A DNA stretch of 64,000 nucleotides from Candidatus Latescibacterota bacterium (GCA_963791045.1 CAWBQK010000007.1:192001-256000), one strand, 5' to 3'; positions 10,701-20,847 are shown, numbered from the stretch's first letter. Notes: generated by a model not told the origin, from the sequence alone. Program-made: numbers and translations.

Positions 10701-11790
10701 CCACAAGTACAATTTGCTGGGCGATCCCGCCCTCCAGCTGGTTATGCCGACACGGAGCGTGAAATTCAACGTTAACGATGTAGATACGATGACGACGGGC
10801 AAGCGGCAGGTTGTGAGGGGATGGATTTACCGGGATGGACAAACGGATACGGGCTTCAACGGCAATGTGAATCTCGTTGTTCGTGAGCCCGACGACGGCA
10901 GCGGGTACACGAGTGAAGACGGAGTGACGTTTATACCGTACAGGTACGCGAGGGGGACCGTGTACGAGGGCACCGCGGATGTCCGGCAGGGCGAATTCGA
11001 ATTCAATTTCAAGATTCCGAGGTCCGCCGGTACGGGGCCTGTGGCCTTCGAGCGCGCGTATGTGGATGATGGACAAATGGACGCTATCGCACTGTGTGAT
11101 ACGACCGTCTTTTCCGCCCCATCACCGGGGGACACCACGGTCTTGACCCCGATCGACGGATCGCCCCGTGTGGATTTTGGATTCAAAGGGGGGCAGACGA
11201 TCGTCAAACCGGGGGCAATTCTCCAGGCGCGTGTCAACGACCTCGATGGCGTGAACATACTCAACACGACACCGGAGGGGAAGATCGCGCTCGTATTCGA
11301 CCAAACAAACCTGCCCATCGACGTGACCGATTCGTTCCAGTTCGATCACGGTGGCACCGATACCTCCGGGACCCTCGGCTTCCCTCTGCCCGAACTCAGT
11401 GTCGGAGGGCACCGGGCGATTCTGAAGGTGGCGGATAGCTTCGGACAAGTCACACTCGACACGTTGGAATTCTCGATGACCGATCCCCAGGATTTCGTCG
11501 CGCAGGTCGTCTTGAATTACCCAAACCCATTTACAACAACAACTTATTTCCTTGTGAACCTGACCGACAGGGCGGATATCCAGATTGACTTGTTTACGAT
11601 TTCCGGCAAAAGAATCAGAAGGCTCGAACAGATGGGCGATCCGGGAGAGGTTTGGATCAACTGGGATGGAAAAGACTCTGTTGGCGATAGCATCGCCAAT
11701 GGCACATATTTATATGTAGCACGCGTGAGTTTTGTAGGGCTCGATCGTGCGCCGGTCGTTTTGAGAGGAAAAGTCGCGAAAATTGAATAA
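7738..11790 (+). CDS. porU: Type IX secretion system sortase PorU-like protein (peptidase C25) with C-terminal FlgD-Ig/CTD-like domain
   Basis: W-K-I-x-V-x-x-x-G-V-Y start of the PorU body; FDNFSGG..DPIAIRNY; LLLLGD; AVGRIP; catalytic NYIGHG and AFSCTIG; YNLLGDPAL; C-terminal NYPNPF..ISGKRIR..WDGKD..GDSIANGTYLY. Confidence 0.85.
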   Translation: MFKAYVYLIVTVLGVFQFGNVTAGVEILQEENGRIVVDVRFGAPGPTGVPGSSSKLNTPGLPPLGYERFYVAIPAGGVFRVSRIDGVANERVGNLPLPVENHDKRGILPTIEPGPGYYPENPIVVTGPFTFRKTRVIAVDCYVSQVDRAAGVERVWQGYRVEVSYPAHRSYLTADRADPLVAGTVINKSFLPVPGTPATAPDGLASGASPAGNPDPHFSLSQNWMKIRVDTAGVYALDAVDFAALGVDPSSINDPGSFRLFTHGGTELERRDAMRRPYQDMDGTWRPGNWMNECDIFVDYGGDGTFDPGDKVIFYGVGSRGWRDFYERGAPRYEFHDHLYTKGNYYYLTWDDTPGFSGVPGRMALVNSAPQPANPDVIDFEERLFFERNQVEALSFGGDGWLWIEVSEKTGPETITFQPFEIYNFVDSRPQTFRTLALAPYIYGESNRNHHAVYRMNGAQITDSVFDNPNNAGYENAIPVEKAGSFLLPGTNTFQLNIPRDLNPSDFMYFDLYSVFYYRQLTTRGGSISFGSPDTTGSVNFRATNFSPGSPIYLFDVSDQFKPRFLSSFERSDVGGRDQIRFSSQIGGGREYYWAGNEEALRKPATMIRHFPRDLRNVTSSPNMLIVSHPDFMAAATRLKQHRQSHYPYGTNPDIEIVTTVDVFDNFSGGMIDPIAIRNYCKFLYDNYDDGNGNTPLSFLLLLGDANNDYKNNITNQENFVTTNLNLAPGSLDAYATDDWFVEMEQPDSTGASYMQIAVGRIPAGSSQDAMFLVDRIVDYQTAAEFGPWRNRAILVADDEVTPSHPPQPMFVSQTESIAHGYMANFHEARKIYLTEYPFVGSIKPASRLEFLNEWNDGALMINYIGHGSSVQMADEQVFLGSDVANLRNGLRLPLFMAFSCTIGDFGRAQTVSLSEKLLLWTQGGAIATITASEVSLIDPNASLNTRFFLEVSPRTPGPPEPLGVALLRAKTSALSVSVSKRIVEENSHKYNLLGDPALQLVMPTRSVKFNVNDVDTMTTGKRQVVRGWIYRDGQTDTGFNGNVNLVVREPDDGSGYTSEDGVTFIPYRYARGTVYEGTADVRQGEFEFNFKIPRSAGTGPVAFERAYVDDGQMDAIALCDTTVFSAPSPGDTTVLTPIDGSPRVDFGFKGGQTIVKPGAILQARVNDLDGVNILNTTPEGKIALVFDQTNLPIDVTDSFQFDHGGTDTSGTLGFPLPELSVGGHRAILKVADSFGQVTLDTLEFSMTDPQDFVAQVVLNYPNPFTTTTYFLVNLTDRADIQIDLFTISGKRIRRLEQMGDPGEVWINWDGKDSVGDSIANGTYLYVARVSFVGLDRAPVVLRGKVAKIE

Positions 11791-11815
11791 GAGTATTCGA
11801 GTTACGTTTGGTTGC

Positions 11816-11844
11816 TTGACCCCACCGGTGAAACTTAGTATCAT
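11816..11844 (+). promoter_or_regulatory. Sigma70-type promoter upstream of porV
   Basis: TTGACC (11816-11821), 17 nt, TATCAT (11839-11844); GGGAGG RBS before the ATG at 11870. Confidence 0.65.
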
Positions 11845-11869
11845 TTAATCGAATGGGAGGCTTTAGCTT

Positions 11870-12859
11870 ATGCGTTTCAGGTTAATCGGTGGCATTGCCA
11901 CTATTATTGTGCTTGTTTCATCGGCCACTGTTTTCGCCGTTGGTGAGGCGGGTGTACCGTCGCAGATCATTCCCCCCGGCGCGCGGGCAAACGGTATGGG
12001 CGAGAGCTTCGTCGCTATCGCCGATGATGCAACTGCGGCCTGGTGGAACCCTGGTGGGGTGGCGTTTCTTCGCGGCCGTAATCTTGCGCTCATGCACAGC
12101 CAGCTCGTACCAGATCTGGCCAGTGACGTTTACTATGAGTACCTGGGGTATACCAATGAAATTGAAGGAGTGGGGTCGTTGAGTTTCGGATTGGTCTATT
12201 TGACCTACGGGACCAGTGTCGCCACCAACACCCAGGGCGAAAAAACAGGAGAGTTCAAGAGTTGGGAAGCGTCTGCCGTCGTCACGTTTGCCATCCCCCT
12301 CGGTGAGAACATCGGTGTGGGTCTGTCGGGAAAATTCATTCACGCGGATCTGGCGCCGGCCGACCTGACCCTCGAGAAGCTCGACGGCACCGGGTCGTCT
12401 GTTGCGATTGATGCCGGTATGTTGTGGAAGATTCCGCGCTACAGAATCAATTTTGGGACGTCGCTTACAAATCTTGGTCCGGACATCACGTTTATCGATC
12501 AGGAACAGAGCGACCCTCTGCCCCTGACGCTTCGTGTTGGTGTCGCATGGACGGCGCTTTCGAGCGAGGTAAACAACTTTATCGCTACGGTTGATTTCGA
12601 ACAGAGTCTTGTGTGGCTCATCGACAGCGCCACGCAGACACGCCGGAGTGAGATCTACCATCTAGGTATGGAATATCGCTATATAAACCTGCTCGCCGGA
12701 CGTCTTGGTTATGTCTACGACCAGGATGGTGATTTCAAAGATTTTACTTACGGTCTGGGGTTCATTTATAAGGGCAAGGTTGCACTCGATTACGCCAACG
12801 TACCGCAGGCGACGACGCTCGACCGCGTTCACCGCTGGTCGATTTCTGTGTCGTTCTAA
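11870..12859 (+). CDS. porV: PorV/PorQ family outer-membrane protein (FadL-like barrel, T9SS shuttle)
   Basis: IPPGARANGMGESFVAIADDATAAWWNPGG; TNLGPDI; DPLPLTLRVG; terminal Phe; directly follows porU as in Bacteroidota. Confidence 0.85.
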   Translation: MRFRLIGGIATIIVLVSSATVFAVGEAGVPSQIIPPGARANGMGESFVAIADDATAAWWNPGGVAFLRGRNLALMHSQLVPDLASDVYYEYLGYTNEIEGVGSLSFGLVYLTYGTSVATNTQGEKTGEFKSWEASAVVTFAIPLGENIGVGLSGKFIHADLAPADLTLEKLDGTGSSVAIDAGMLWKIPRYRINFGTSLTNLGPDITFIDQEQSDPLPLTLRVGVAWTALSSEVNNFIATVDFEQSLVWLIDSATQTRRSEIYHLGMEYRYINLLAGRLGYVYDQDGDFKDFTYGLGFIYKGKVALDYANVPQATTLDRVHRWSISVSF

Positions 12860-12941
12860 AACCGCGGAGACTGAGGCGTCTTCCCCTGATAATCTCCATA
12901 GGTCGGTCATCTGACCGCCGTCACACGAAAAGGGTTACCCC

Positions 12942-13883
12942 GTGCGGTTAGGGTTCATCTTTGCATTGGCATTCTTTGTGTTGGCCGGCCCCTGCTCGCT
13001 TGCAGCTGAGCCGTCAAACGTTCCTGGTTCGTCGGGACCGCCGGACGGCGAGCTGAAAGATCTGATCCCGCTATCCATAATGTCATATCAGGGTCCGAGA
13101 GACCCGGAACTCGAGTTACCCACCATCAGAGTTGAAGATGGGGAACGCGGTCTTCGTCTGTATCACCCCGGTGCCGCGGAGCCGAGATTCCTGGACACGG
13201 GAGACCATGAATCCCCGGGTGGCAGAACGTATCTTCCCGTATTGTTTTCGTTGCTCGTGCCTGGAACGGGCGAGATGTACATGGGGTACTGGGTTCGGGG
13301 TGGTGTTCTCCTCGGTCTCGAAATCGCCGCGTGGACGGGATATACGCACTATCACAATCAGGGGCTCGACGGCCGGACCGCGTACGAACAGTTTGCCGAC
13401 GACCACTGGGACTACGACCGGTGGGTGTACGATCATCCGGCGAATGAGAGCGTCAATCCCGACGACCGCACATTTGAAACGCTGGATGAGATTGGCCGGA
13501 CCACCTGGGACGGATGGCCGGGGTATCACACCTGGCATTCCAAAGAGGAAGAAAAGCAGAATTACTACGAAAACATCGGCAAATACGATTGGTTTATTTC
13601 AGGTTGGGAAGACTGGGATTCGGTTGCCAAGCCCAGGGATACCGACCTCAGAACCCAGTACAGGCAGATGCGGATATCGAGCAACGATGATCTCGACACG
13701 GCGAACAAGTTCATATATCTTAGTATCGCCACTCGCGTCGTGTCTCTGGTGCAAACTTACTTCCTGGTCCGGCGGGACATAAATCGTGAGGCGGAATTGA
13801 ACCAGGCAAAAACGTTTTCGATCGACGCTCATGCAACGGGGCTTGCCTCCGGGCGGGTATCGCTGATTTACCGTTTCAAATAA
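12942..13883 (+). CDS. Exported/membrane hypothetical protein (DUF5683-like), paralog 1
   Basis: Signal peptide; FSLLVPGTGEMYMG helix-hairpin motif; NYYENIGKYD. Confidence 0.6.
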   Translation: MRLGFIFALAFFVLAGPCSLAAEPSNVPGSSGPPDGELKDLIPLSIMSYQGPRDPELELPTIRVEDGERGLRLYHPGAAEPRFLDTGDHESPGGRTYLPVLFSLLVPGTGEMYMGYWVRGGVLLGLEIAAWTGYTHYHNQGLDGRTAYEQFADDHWDYDRWVYDHPANESVNPDDRTFETLDEIGRTTWDGWPGYHTWHSKEEEKQNYYENIGKYDWFISGWEDWDSVAKPRDTDLRTQYRQMRISSNDDLDTANKFIYLSIATRVVSLVQTYFLVRRDINREAELNQAKTFSIDAHATGLASGRVSLIYRFK

Positions 13884-13885
13884 CT

Positions 13886-14725
13886 ATGACTAATCGAATT
13901 GTATTACTGATTCTTGTGTTTGTGATTGCGGCGATGCCGCTCTCCCTGCATGCGCAGGATGCGCAAACATCCACGCTTCGAAATTCGCAGCCAACCACCG
14001 ACACCGACTGGCAGAGCGCGACAGGGTTGGCCGGGAATGACAATTTTGGCGGGATGTTCCAAACCGTGCCGACGGACGCACCCATATACGAACAGAAATC
14101 AAAATCAAAGGCTTTCTTTTACTCACTGCTTCTCCCTGGGCTCGGCCATGCTTACGTGGGCGACAAGCAAGGCGCAAAAACGTTTTTTATTATCGAGGCG
14201 GCGATCTGGACGTCTTTCATATTTTTTGAGGTTCAGGGTTATATTCGAGAGGAAAATTATCAGGATTACGCCCAGGTTTTTGCCGGAGTGTCCGGCACCA
14301 ATAAATCCGATGATTATTACAGTCTCATCGGCCAGTACGATTCCTGGGTCGATTACGAGGCGTATCTGAAGAACGAAGGACGGTTCGCGCTATACCCGGA
14401 TGCGGATTCGCAAACTCTCGACGAGTACTTTATTGACAATCGTGTATCGGATTATGAGCCGTGGGTGTGGCGGAGCGTCGATGAACGGCGGACTTTCAGA
14501 GGCAACCGTTCGGACAGTAAGCTTTCGTACCGCCGGGCCCTTTACGCTGTGGCGGTCGCTATGGGGAACCGCGCGGCGGCGGCATTTTTCTCGCTGGGTG
14601 CGACAAACAATGCCAATGAAAAGCTCGATGGGAATTCGATCGGCTACGGGTTGGAGTTTGGAGCGCCGGTGGATCATCCCGGGGATGATTTCGAAACCGG
14701 GGTATCGTTTATCGCGACCTTTTAA
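13886..14725 (+). CDS. Exported/membrane hypothetical protein (DUF5683-like), paralog 2
   Basis: Signal peptide; KSKSKAFFYSLLLPGLGHAYVG; DYYSLIGQYD; terminal Phe; starts 2 nt after paralog 1. Confidence 0.6.
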   Translation: MTNRIVLLILVFVIAAMPLSLHAQDAQTSTLRNSQPTTDTDWQSATGLAGNDNFGGMFQTVPTDAPIYEQKSKSKAFFYSLLLPGLGHAYVGDKQGAKTFFIIEAAIWTSFIFFEVQGYIREENYQDYAQVFAGVSGTNKSDDYYSLIGQYDSWVDYEAYLKNEGRFALYPDADSQTLDEYFIDNRVSDYEPWVWRSVDERRTFRGNRSDSKLSYRRALYAVAVAMGNRAAAAFFSLGATNNANEKLDGNSIGYGLEFGAPVDHPGDDFETGVSFIATF

Positions 14726-14782
14726 TTTCCGTTGACCTTCGGTCTCTCACAAACCAGCCTGCCCACCGACCGAAGAGACTCC

Positions 14783-15709
14783 ATGTATAAGTATATCGTT
14801 ATTGGAATATGGTTCGTGTTGACGCTCTTTCTCCTGGGAAGTTGTGCTTCCCAGGGGGGCGCAGCCAATGCGGCGGACTTACCCGTGGAACGCGAGGTTC
14901 CGGTCAAGGTGTACCACGAAGTTGCCGGGCTGGCGTTGGGTGAACCTCTCGCCGTTACCGTTGATATTGAAGGCAATATGTACATCGGGGACGGGATTCC
15001 GGGCCGGATCGTGTGCTGGCGCGCCGGCGGATCGGGCTCGCTCGAGTTCCAGAAGCCGAATCAGCAACCGGGGTTTTATCCGGCCGACATCGAACTAAGC
15101 GGCTTTTTTATATACGCAATCGATCCCGTCGAGAGAACTCTCCTGCGTTTCGACAACCGCGGCGCGTATCGGGACATCCTTGTCAAATTCGAGGACGTGG
15201 TTAGCGGCCGGAGAATTACACCGGTGGGCCTTGATGTCGACGATTCCGGGCGGATCCTCGTTGCGGATTCGGAGAATCACCAGGTCCTCCTTCTCGACTT
15301 GTATCTGTCCGTAGAGCTCGCATTTGGAAGTTACGGAACCCATCCTGGAAAATTCGACTCGCCGAAGGGTGTGACGTTTGTTGGCAATGGAGACATGCTC
15401 GTGGTGGATACGGGCAACCGGCGAATCCAGATCTTCGACGCCGGCGGAACTTATCTGAAAACAATACCATCGGAGAAATCGAATCCGATGATTAGTCCAA
15501 GGAGGGCGGATATCGACAAAATCGGTAATGTGTATGTTGCGGATCCCGAGGCGGGACGTGTGTTCGTGTTTGACGAGGATGGAGCGCTGATCAGGTCAAT
15601 CGTGCCCGACGGCGTGACCGATTTCAGGCCGACGGACATCGACGTGGATCGTACGGGTCTTATATACGTTACCGATGAGGCGAACAGTTCTCTTTTTGTT
15701 TTCAGGTGA
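14783..15709 (+). CDS. NHL-repeat six-bladed beta-propeller lipoprotein
   Basis: Lipobox LGSC; repeated P-x-G/D-(I/L/V)-x-V-D..G.(I/V)YV(A/T)D blades (FDSPKGV..VVDTGNRRIQIFD). Confidence 0.85.
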   Translation: MYKYIVIGIWFVLTLFLLGSCASQGGAANAADLPVEREVPVKVYHEVAGLALGEPLAVTVDIEGNMYIGDGIPGRIVCWRAGGSGSLEFQKPNQQPGFYPADIELSGFFIYAIDPVERTLLRFDNRGAYRDILVKFEDVVSGRRITPVGLDVDDSGRILVADSENHQVLLLDLYLSVELAFGSYGTHPGKFDSPKGVTFVGNGDMLVVDTGNRRIQIFDAGGTYLKTIPSEKSNPMISPRRADIDKIGNVYVADPEAGRVFVFDEDGALIRSIVPDGVTDFRPTDIDVDRTGLIYVTDEANSSLFVFR

Positions 15710-15721
15710 TGTCGTATTCGT

Positions 15722-18700
15722 GTGTCTCTGTGGAAAATATTCATTACCGCCGCGACTCTGCTGCTCGCCGCCGCGGTCAGCCACGCGCAGGAGGCATCCT
15801 ACGACTGGCAGGCGTGGGGCGCGGTCACGGACACGCTCCGTGCGGTCAAGAGGGGACAGCGCGTTGGGCTGAGTTCCTCGTTTATTAAGACGGGGAGCGA
15901 AAAAGTCGTAGTCAACGACGTCGTTCTCTCCCCGGTTGATTACGAAATCAACTATCAGCGCGGTCTGATCCGTATCGATGCATTGATCGGCGATGACATG
16001 CCGGTCATCGTTTCCTACACGAGGCTTCCTTTTCTTCTCAAGTCGGTGTATTCCCTCCGGCCCATCGAATTTGCCGAAGGAGAGGGCGACCGCGCCGTGG
16101 TTCCGAGACCGGAACCTCCGCCCGACTCCGCTTCCAAATCATATTTCAACCCCACGGGCAATCTCGCGTTCGGCGGCATGAAGTCGATCAGCTTCACGGT
16201 CGGTTCAAACAGGAGCGCGTCGCTTGACCAGGCTCTGAGGGCGACCGTCGAGGGGGATCTCACTTCATCGATAAAGGTCAAGGCGCTCCTTTCCGACGAT
16301 AACCTGCCGATCCAGCCTGAGGGCAACACCCAGGAACTCGAATATCTGGACAAAGTCTATGTCGAGATCACAGGGCCGAAAGCCGGAGCGACGCTCGGTG
16401 ATTTTGCGTTTGCAAACGACTATTCCGATTTCAATTTGTTCCGCCGCGAACTCAAAGGCGCGATGGGCAGCGTCAACCTGACCGACAAGTCGAGGGTCGA
16501 GGTTGCGGGCGGGTCGAGCAAGGGTGTGTTCCGCGCGGTCAAATTCCGTGGAATTAACCAGCTCCAGGGACCGTACGATCTTCTCGCCCAGGGCGGGTTT
16601 TCCAATGACGTGATCATAGCCGGTACCGAAAAGGTGTTTTTTGACGGTGAGCGGCTTCTGCGCGGACAGAACCGGGACTACGTGATCGACTACGATCGCG
16701 GGACGATTACGTTTACGACTCGGCGATCGGTTACGGCGGACACAGAGATAGCCGTCGATTTCGAAGCCACCCAGGAGAAATACGACAGGACGTCGTTGTT
16801 CGCAAATGCGATGACTCGAAATCTTCCCGCGGGATTTCGACTGAGCGCGCTCGCGGCGACCGAAAAAGACGATTCGAACAGACCCAAGTCGATAACGCTC
16901 AGCGATGAAGAGCGGGAGATCATCGCGGAGGCGGGGGACAATCCGACAAAGGCCATCGCGGGCGGAGCGACGTTTGTCGGCGAGGGGAGGGGATTATATC
17001 GTTGTGCCGGCGGATTCGATCCTGGGGACGCCGGAGTATTATGAGTTCAGCGATTCGTTGGGTACGTACAACGTTATCTTTGTCGATGTTGGCTTTCTCC
17101 AGGGCGATTATATCCTCGCGGGTATAACTGTCGCAGGCCGGACGATCTATCGATTTGTCGGGGAAGGCCAGGGGCGGTATATCGTCGGCAAGGCACTTCC
17201 GCTTCCCCAGGCGCACTCGATTTACACGGGCCGTTTGACGAGGGCCGGGGGGCGGTTTCTCGATGTCGATCTCCAGTACAATATCAGCGACTTTGACGCA
17301 AATACGCTCTCGCCCCTCGACGACCGGAACAATGTCGGGGACGCCGGCGAAGCCAGAATTCGGTTGAAAGCAATCCCTCTTCTTGTGGGAACACTCGATC
17401 TCACGGGGACGATGAGCACGATCGAAGACACCTATCGAAGCCTCGAGAAAACCCGACCGACTTACTTCTACCGCGACTGGAACCTGGAAAACGAACTGCT
17501 CGTCGGGAGGGAAGTTCTCCAGGAGGGAACGACGACATTCAAACGGAACGATTCGATCAAGCTCGACTACTCGATGGGCAAGATCCGGCGGGATAACTTC
17601 GATGGCACCAAGCAGGAAGTGCGCGCGTCCGTGGTCGCCGCCGCCGATCGCAAGCTCACCGGTCGCGCGTTTACGACCGACACCGACGGCGATCGCGACA
17701 AGAGAACACGTGAGCACGGAGATGTTGCCGTCTCGTACGGGTTGTGGAAATTTGTTCCCGCCTTCGAATACACAACCGAAGAGTACCTGGTCACGTCAGA
17801 GGTAACGGCGGACAGCGGGATTGCGTTCGATCGCTATGTGGCCCGGGTGGGCAGCCGCAACACCGGGCGGCTTTCATATTCTATATTTGCCGAGCAGAGG
17901 GATACTGAGGAGTTTGCGGATACCGGCCGGGTGTGGGTAGAGACGAGGACCGACCAGGCGATCGGGGGTTCTCTCTCTTCGCGTCGTTACCGGTCGCTCC
18001 AGGGAGAGGTTCGATATACGCACCGGATCCGCGATGACAAGGTGTTCAACTCGAAGAGCACATCGGATCTCGCCCGATTGAACGGGCTCGTCCGGCTCGA
18101 ACCGCTGGGTGTGCGTTCGACTCTCGATTATGAGATCAGCCAGAACCGGCAGCGCGCGCAACAACGGTCAGTAGTATTCGTGGGCGAGGGCCAGGGGGAC
18201 TACAACGAACTCGGCGAGCCGGTTGGAAAGGGCCGCGGCGCGTTCACGATAGTCTATCTGCCGACAACGCTCACCGTGCCGACGAGTACGCTCGACTTTA
18301 CATGGAATCTCACCTGGAAGATGAAGAAGAAAAGCAGGGGCCGCGGACCGTTCTCGTGGATCCTGTCGAATGTATCGCTCAATCAATCTTTCCGGGTGAG
18401 GGAGGAGACCACGGCTCGTGATGCGTACAAGGTGTACCTTCTTTTTCCGTCCGCGCTCCAGCGGGATGAATCGACGCTTGCCGGGATCGTGTCCCTTCGG
18501 CAGGAGTGGTCGCTTCTTGATTCCTACCCGAACTGGTCGCTGTCGGTCAAATACCAGAGGGATGACGAGGAGGAGAACAGATTCAATAACGTTAATGAAG
18601 AGCGGCTTTTCGAGCAGCAGCTTGTGAGGCTGGACCGTTCGCTGACTTCCAGGTTGAGCGCGAACATCGAACTGCGGCGTGAGATTAAACAACGTGGAGG

Positions 18701-19136
18701 CCGGGGGCTAACCGTCGGCGTTGGGAGCACGTTCGACGTGCTCGGGCTTGCCGCCGCGGCGGGGTGGGGGCTTCGGTTTTCGGCGGGGAGCACACTCGAT
18801 GGAGAAATCGAATACCGGCAACAGGAGGACTCGGAGTCCGGCGCGCGCGAGGTTGCGATTACGTTTCGCCCGCGTTTCGTTTGGCGCCTGACCAAGTCGC
18901 TGAACCTGTTTGGGCGCTATGAAGTCACACAGTTTACTTTAAGTGATGAGACAGGGATCAAGCCTTTCTATTTCGCGAATCCGGGCACCACGCACCGTTG
19001 GGCGCTGACGCCGAATTTGCGGTTGTCCAAAGTAATTTCGCTGCTCGGCACCTACCAGGGGCGGAGTGAAGAAACATTTTCAGGATCCAGGATTGTCGAC
19101 CATGAACTCACCGTGGAAACACGCGCATATTTCTAA
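15722..19136 (+). CDS. Large (~1138 aa) outer-membrane protein with SprA/Sov-like motifs; one frameshift at ~16990
   Basis: ORFs 15722-17044 and 16905-19136 join at a G run (GAGGGGAGGGGATTAT); adding 2 G restores VGEGRGDY, matching later VGEGQGRY/VGEGQGDY motifs; signal peptide; two G(S/T)EKV..DY.I(N/D)Y.RG.I motifs; beta-strand-rich C-terminal half ending RAYF. Confidence 0.7.
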
Positions 19137-20847
19137 GGCGATCTTGTTCGTGATTCTCGCCGTGCTGGCCCTCGGGTGGGGGCTGCTGGAACCGGTGTGG
19201 GCGGACGGAACGAGGGTCGAGATCAACGGCAACCGGGAATTCAGCGACGAGCAGATCCGCGGGTGGTGTAATTCTCGAAGTCCCGAGTCGTGTGTACGCG
19301 AGATTCAAACGGCGTACATTTCGCTTGGGTATATGCGGGTCACTATTGGCGTCGAACGCAGCACGGCGGATTCGACAATCGTACTCAATATCAGCGAGGG
19401 TGAGCCGGCGCGGTACCGGAGTGTATCGGTCGAGGGTGGAGAGGTCGCCCCCGCGGATAAGATAGGCGAGTTGATCGGGGTTCGTGAAGGGGACCGGTAT
19501 CTTCCGGATGAACTTCAACGCGGCGTTAACCGGCTTCTTGAATATTACGACCGGTACGGATATCCGTTTGCCCAGGTGTGGGTCGACAGTCTCGGCCTGG
19601 ACATGGCCGAAAACGTAATCGATCTGAATCTTTTTGTTGTTGAGGGCGGGCGCAAGGATATCGGCCGCGTGAAATTCGAGGGGCTCGAGCATACACGCGA
19701 GGACCTTGCCATAAAACTATCCGGCCTCAAACCCGGCGAGCCGTACAACGGCGAAAAGGTGAGGGAATCGTATCTGAGGCTCACCAGCAGCGGTGTTTTC
19801 AGGTCGGTGTCTTACCCCGAGGTTCGGATGGCGCCCGACGGAAGCGGAGTGGAAACACTTATCAAGGTTATCGAACCGGCGCAGAGCAACAGCTTCTCCG
19901 GTGCGTTGGGATATGCGGATCGCGAAGCCGATAATGAAAAGGTTATAAGTGGCCTTGTGCGTCTCGATCTCGTGAATATAGGCGGAGCGCTCAGGGATCT
20001 CCATATTTTCTGGAAGAATGACGGTCAGGGCAGAAGCGAAACATCGCTGTCATTTCGCGAGAGATTCCTCTTCGGGCATCGTGTGGGCCTGGGTGTGATG
20101 CTCGAACAGATCGGTCTCGATACGTTGTATACCTGGCAATCCGCCGGCCTGGAATCCTCCATCCCCATCGGGCGTTTGTGGGACGGACTTCTTGGGATCG
20201 ACGGCGCTGTGTACGGTGACAGAAATACACTGAGCGAAGGCGACATATCGAGCACTGTGCGTTACCGGCTCGCCGGCGGGATTTCTTTTGTCGAAGGGTA
20301 CGAGGAGAGAGGGACATTTATCGATCTTGGAACTCGTTACACTCTCGGTTACAAAAAGATACAAAAACGCGAAGACGATTCGGACGGAGGGTCCGTGTCG
20401 CAACATGTTTTCGAGGCGCGGATGCGGGGGCTGGTCGATGTTGGCCGAAGCGTCCACGGTTCGATCCAGGTGGTGTACAGAGGGTTGGAGAGTTCCGAGG
20501 AATTCGTGCCGCTTGCCGAGCAGTTCTACGTCGGGGGCGCGTCGACCATCCGCGGCTACAGGGAAAATCAGTTTCACGGAAGACGCGTGGCGTATTTGCG
20601 TTCGGAACTGCGGCTCGGCGGCAGCCGAAGGGAGAACGGATACCTGTTCGTCGACGGTGGTTATATCCTCCAGGAGACGCAAGATTCGGAGGGGATTGTG
20701 TCGCAGCGTGACGAGTATCCGGTGGGCTATGGCTTTGGTCTTAGAACGGCGTCACCCGCCGGAAACGTCGACATCAGTTTTGGCATCGGCGAAAAACTGT
20801 CTCTCAGGCAGACAAAAGTCCACGTGATTCTCAACAGAAACTTCTGA
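19102..20847 (+). CDS. Omp85 superfamily (BamA/TamA-like) protein with POTRA domains
   Basis: POTRA-like [29 protein letters not shown]; barrel loop-6 motif [19 protein letters not shown]; terminal Phe. Confidence 0.85.
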   Translation: MNSPWKHAHISKAILFVILAVLALGWGLLEPVWADGTRVEINGNREFSDEQIRGWCNSRSPESCVREIQTAYISLGYMRVTIGVERSTADSTIVLNISEGEPARYRSVSVEGGEVAPADKIGELIGVREGDRYLPDELQRGVNRLLEYYDRYGYPFAQVWVDSLGLDMAENVIDLNLFVVEGGRKDIGRVKFEGLEHTREDLAIKLSGLKPGEPYNGEKVRESYLRLTSSGVFRSVSYPEVRMAPDGSGVETLIKVIEPAQSNSFSGALGYADREADNEKVISGLVRLDLVNIGGALRDLHIFWKNDGQGRSETSLSFRERFLFGHRVGLGVMLEQIGLDTLYTWQSAGLESSIPIGRLWDGLLGIDGAVYGDRNTLSEGDISSTVRYRLAGGISFVEGYEERGTFIDLGTRYTLGYKKIQKREDDSDGGSVSQHVFEARMRGLVDVGRSVHGSIQVVYRGLESSEEFVPLAEQFYVGGASTIRGYRENQFHGRRVAYLRSELRLGGSRRENGYLFVDGGYILQETQDSEGIVSQRDEYPVGYGFGLRTASPAGNVDISFGIGEKLSLRQTKVHVILNRNF

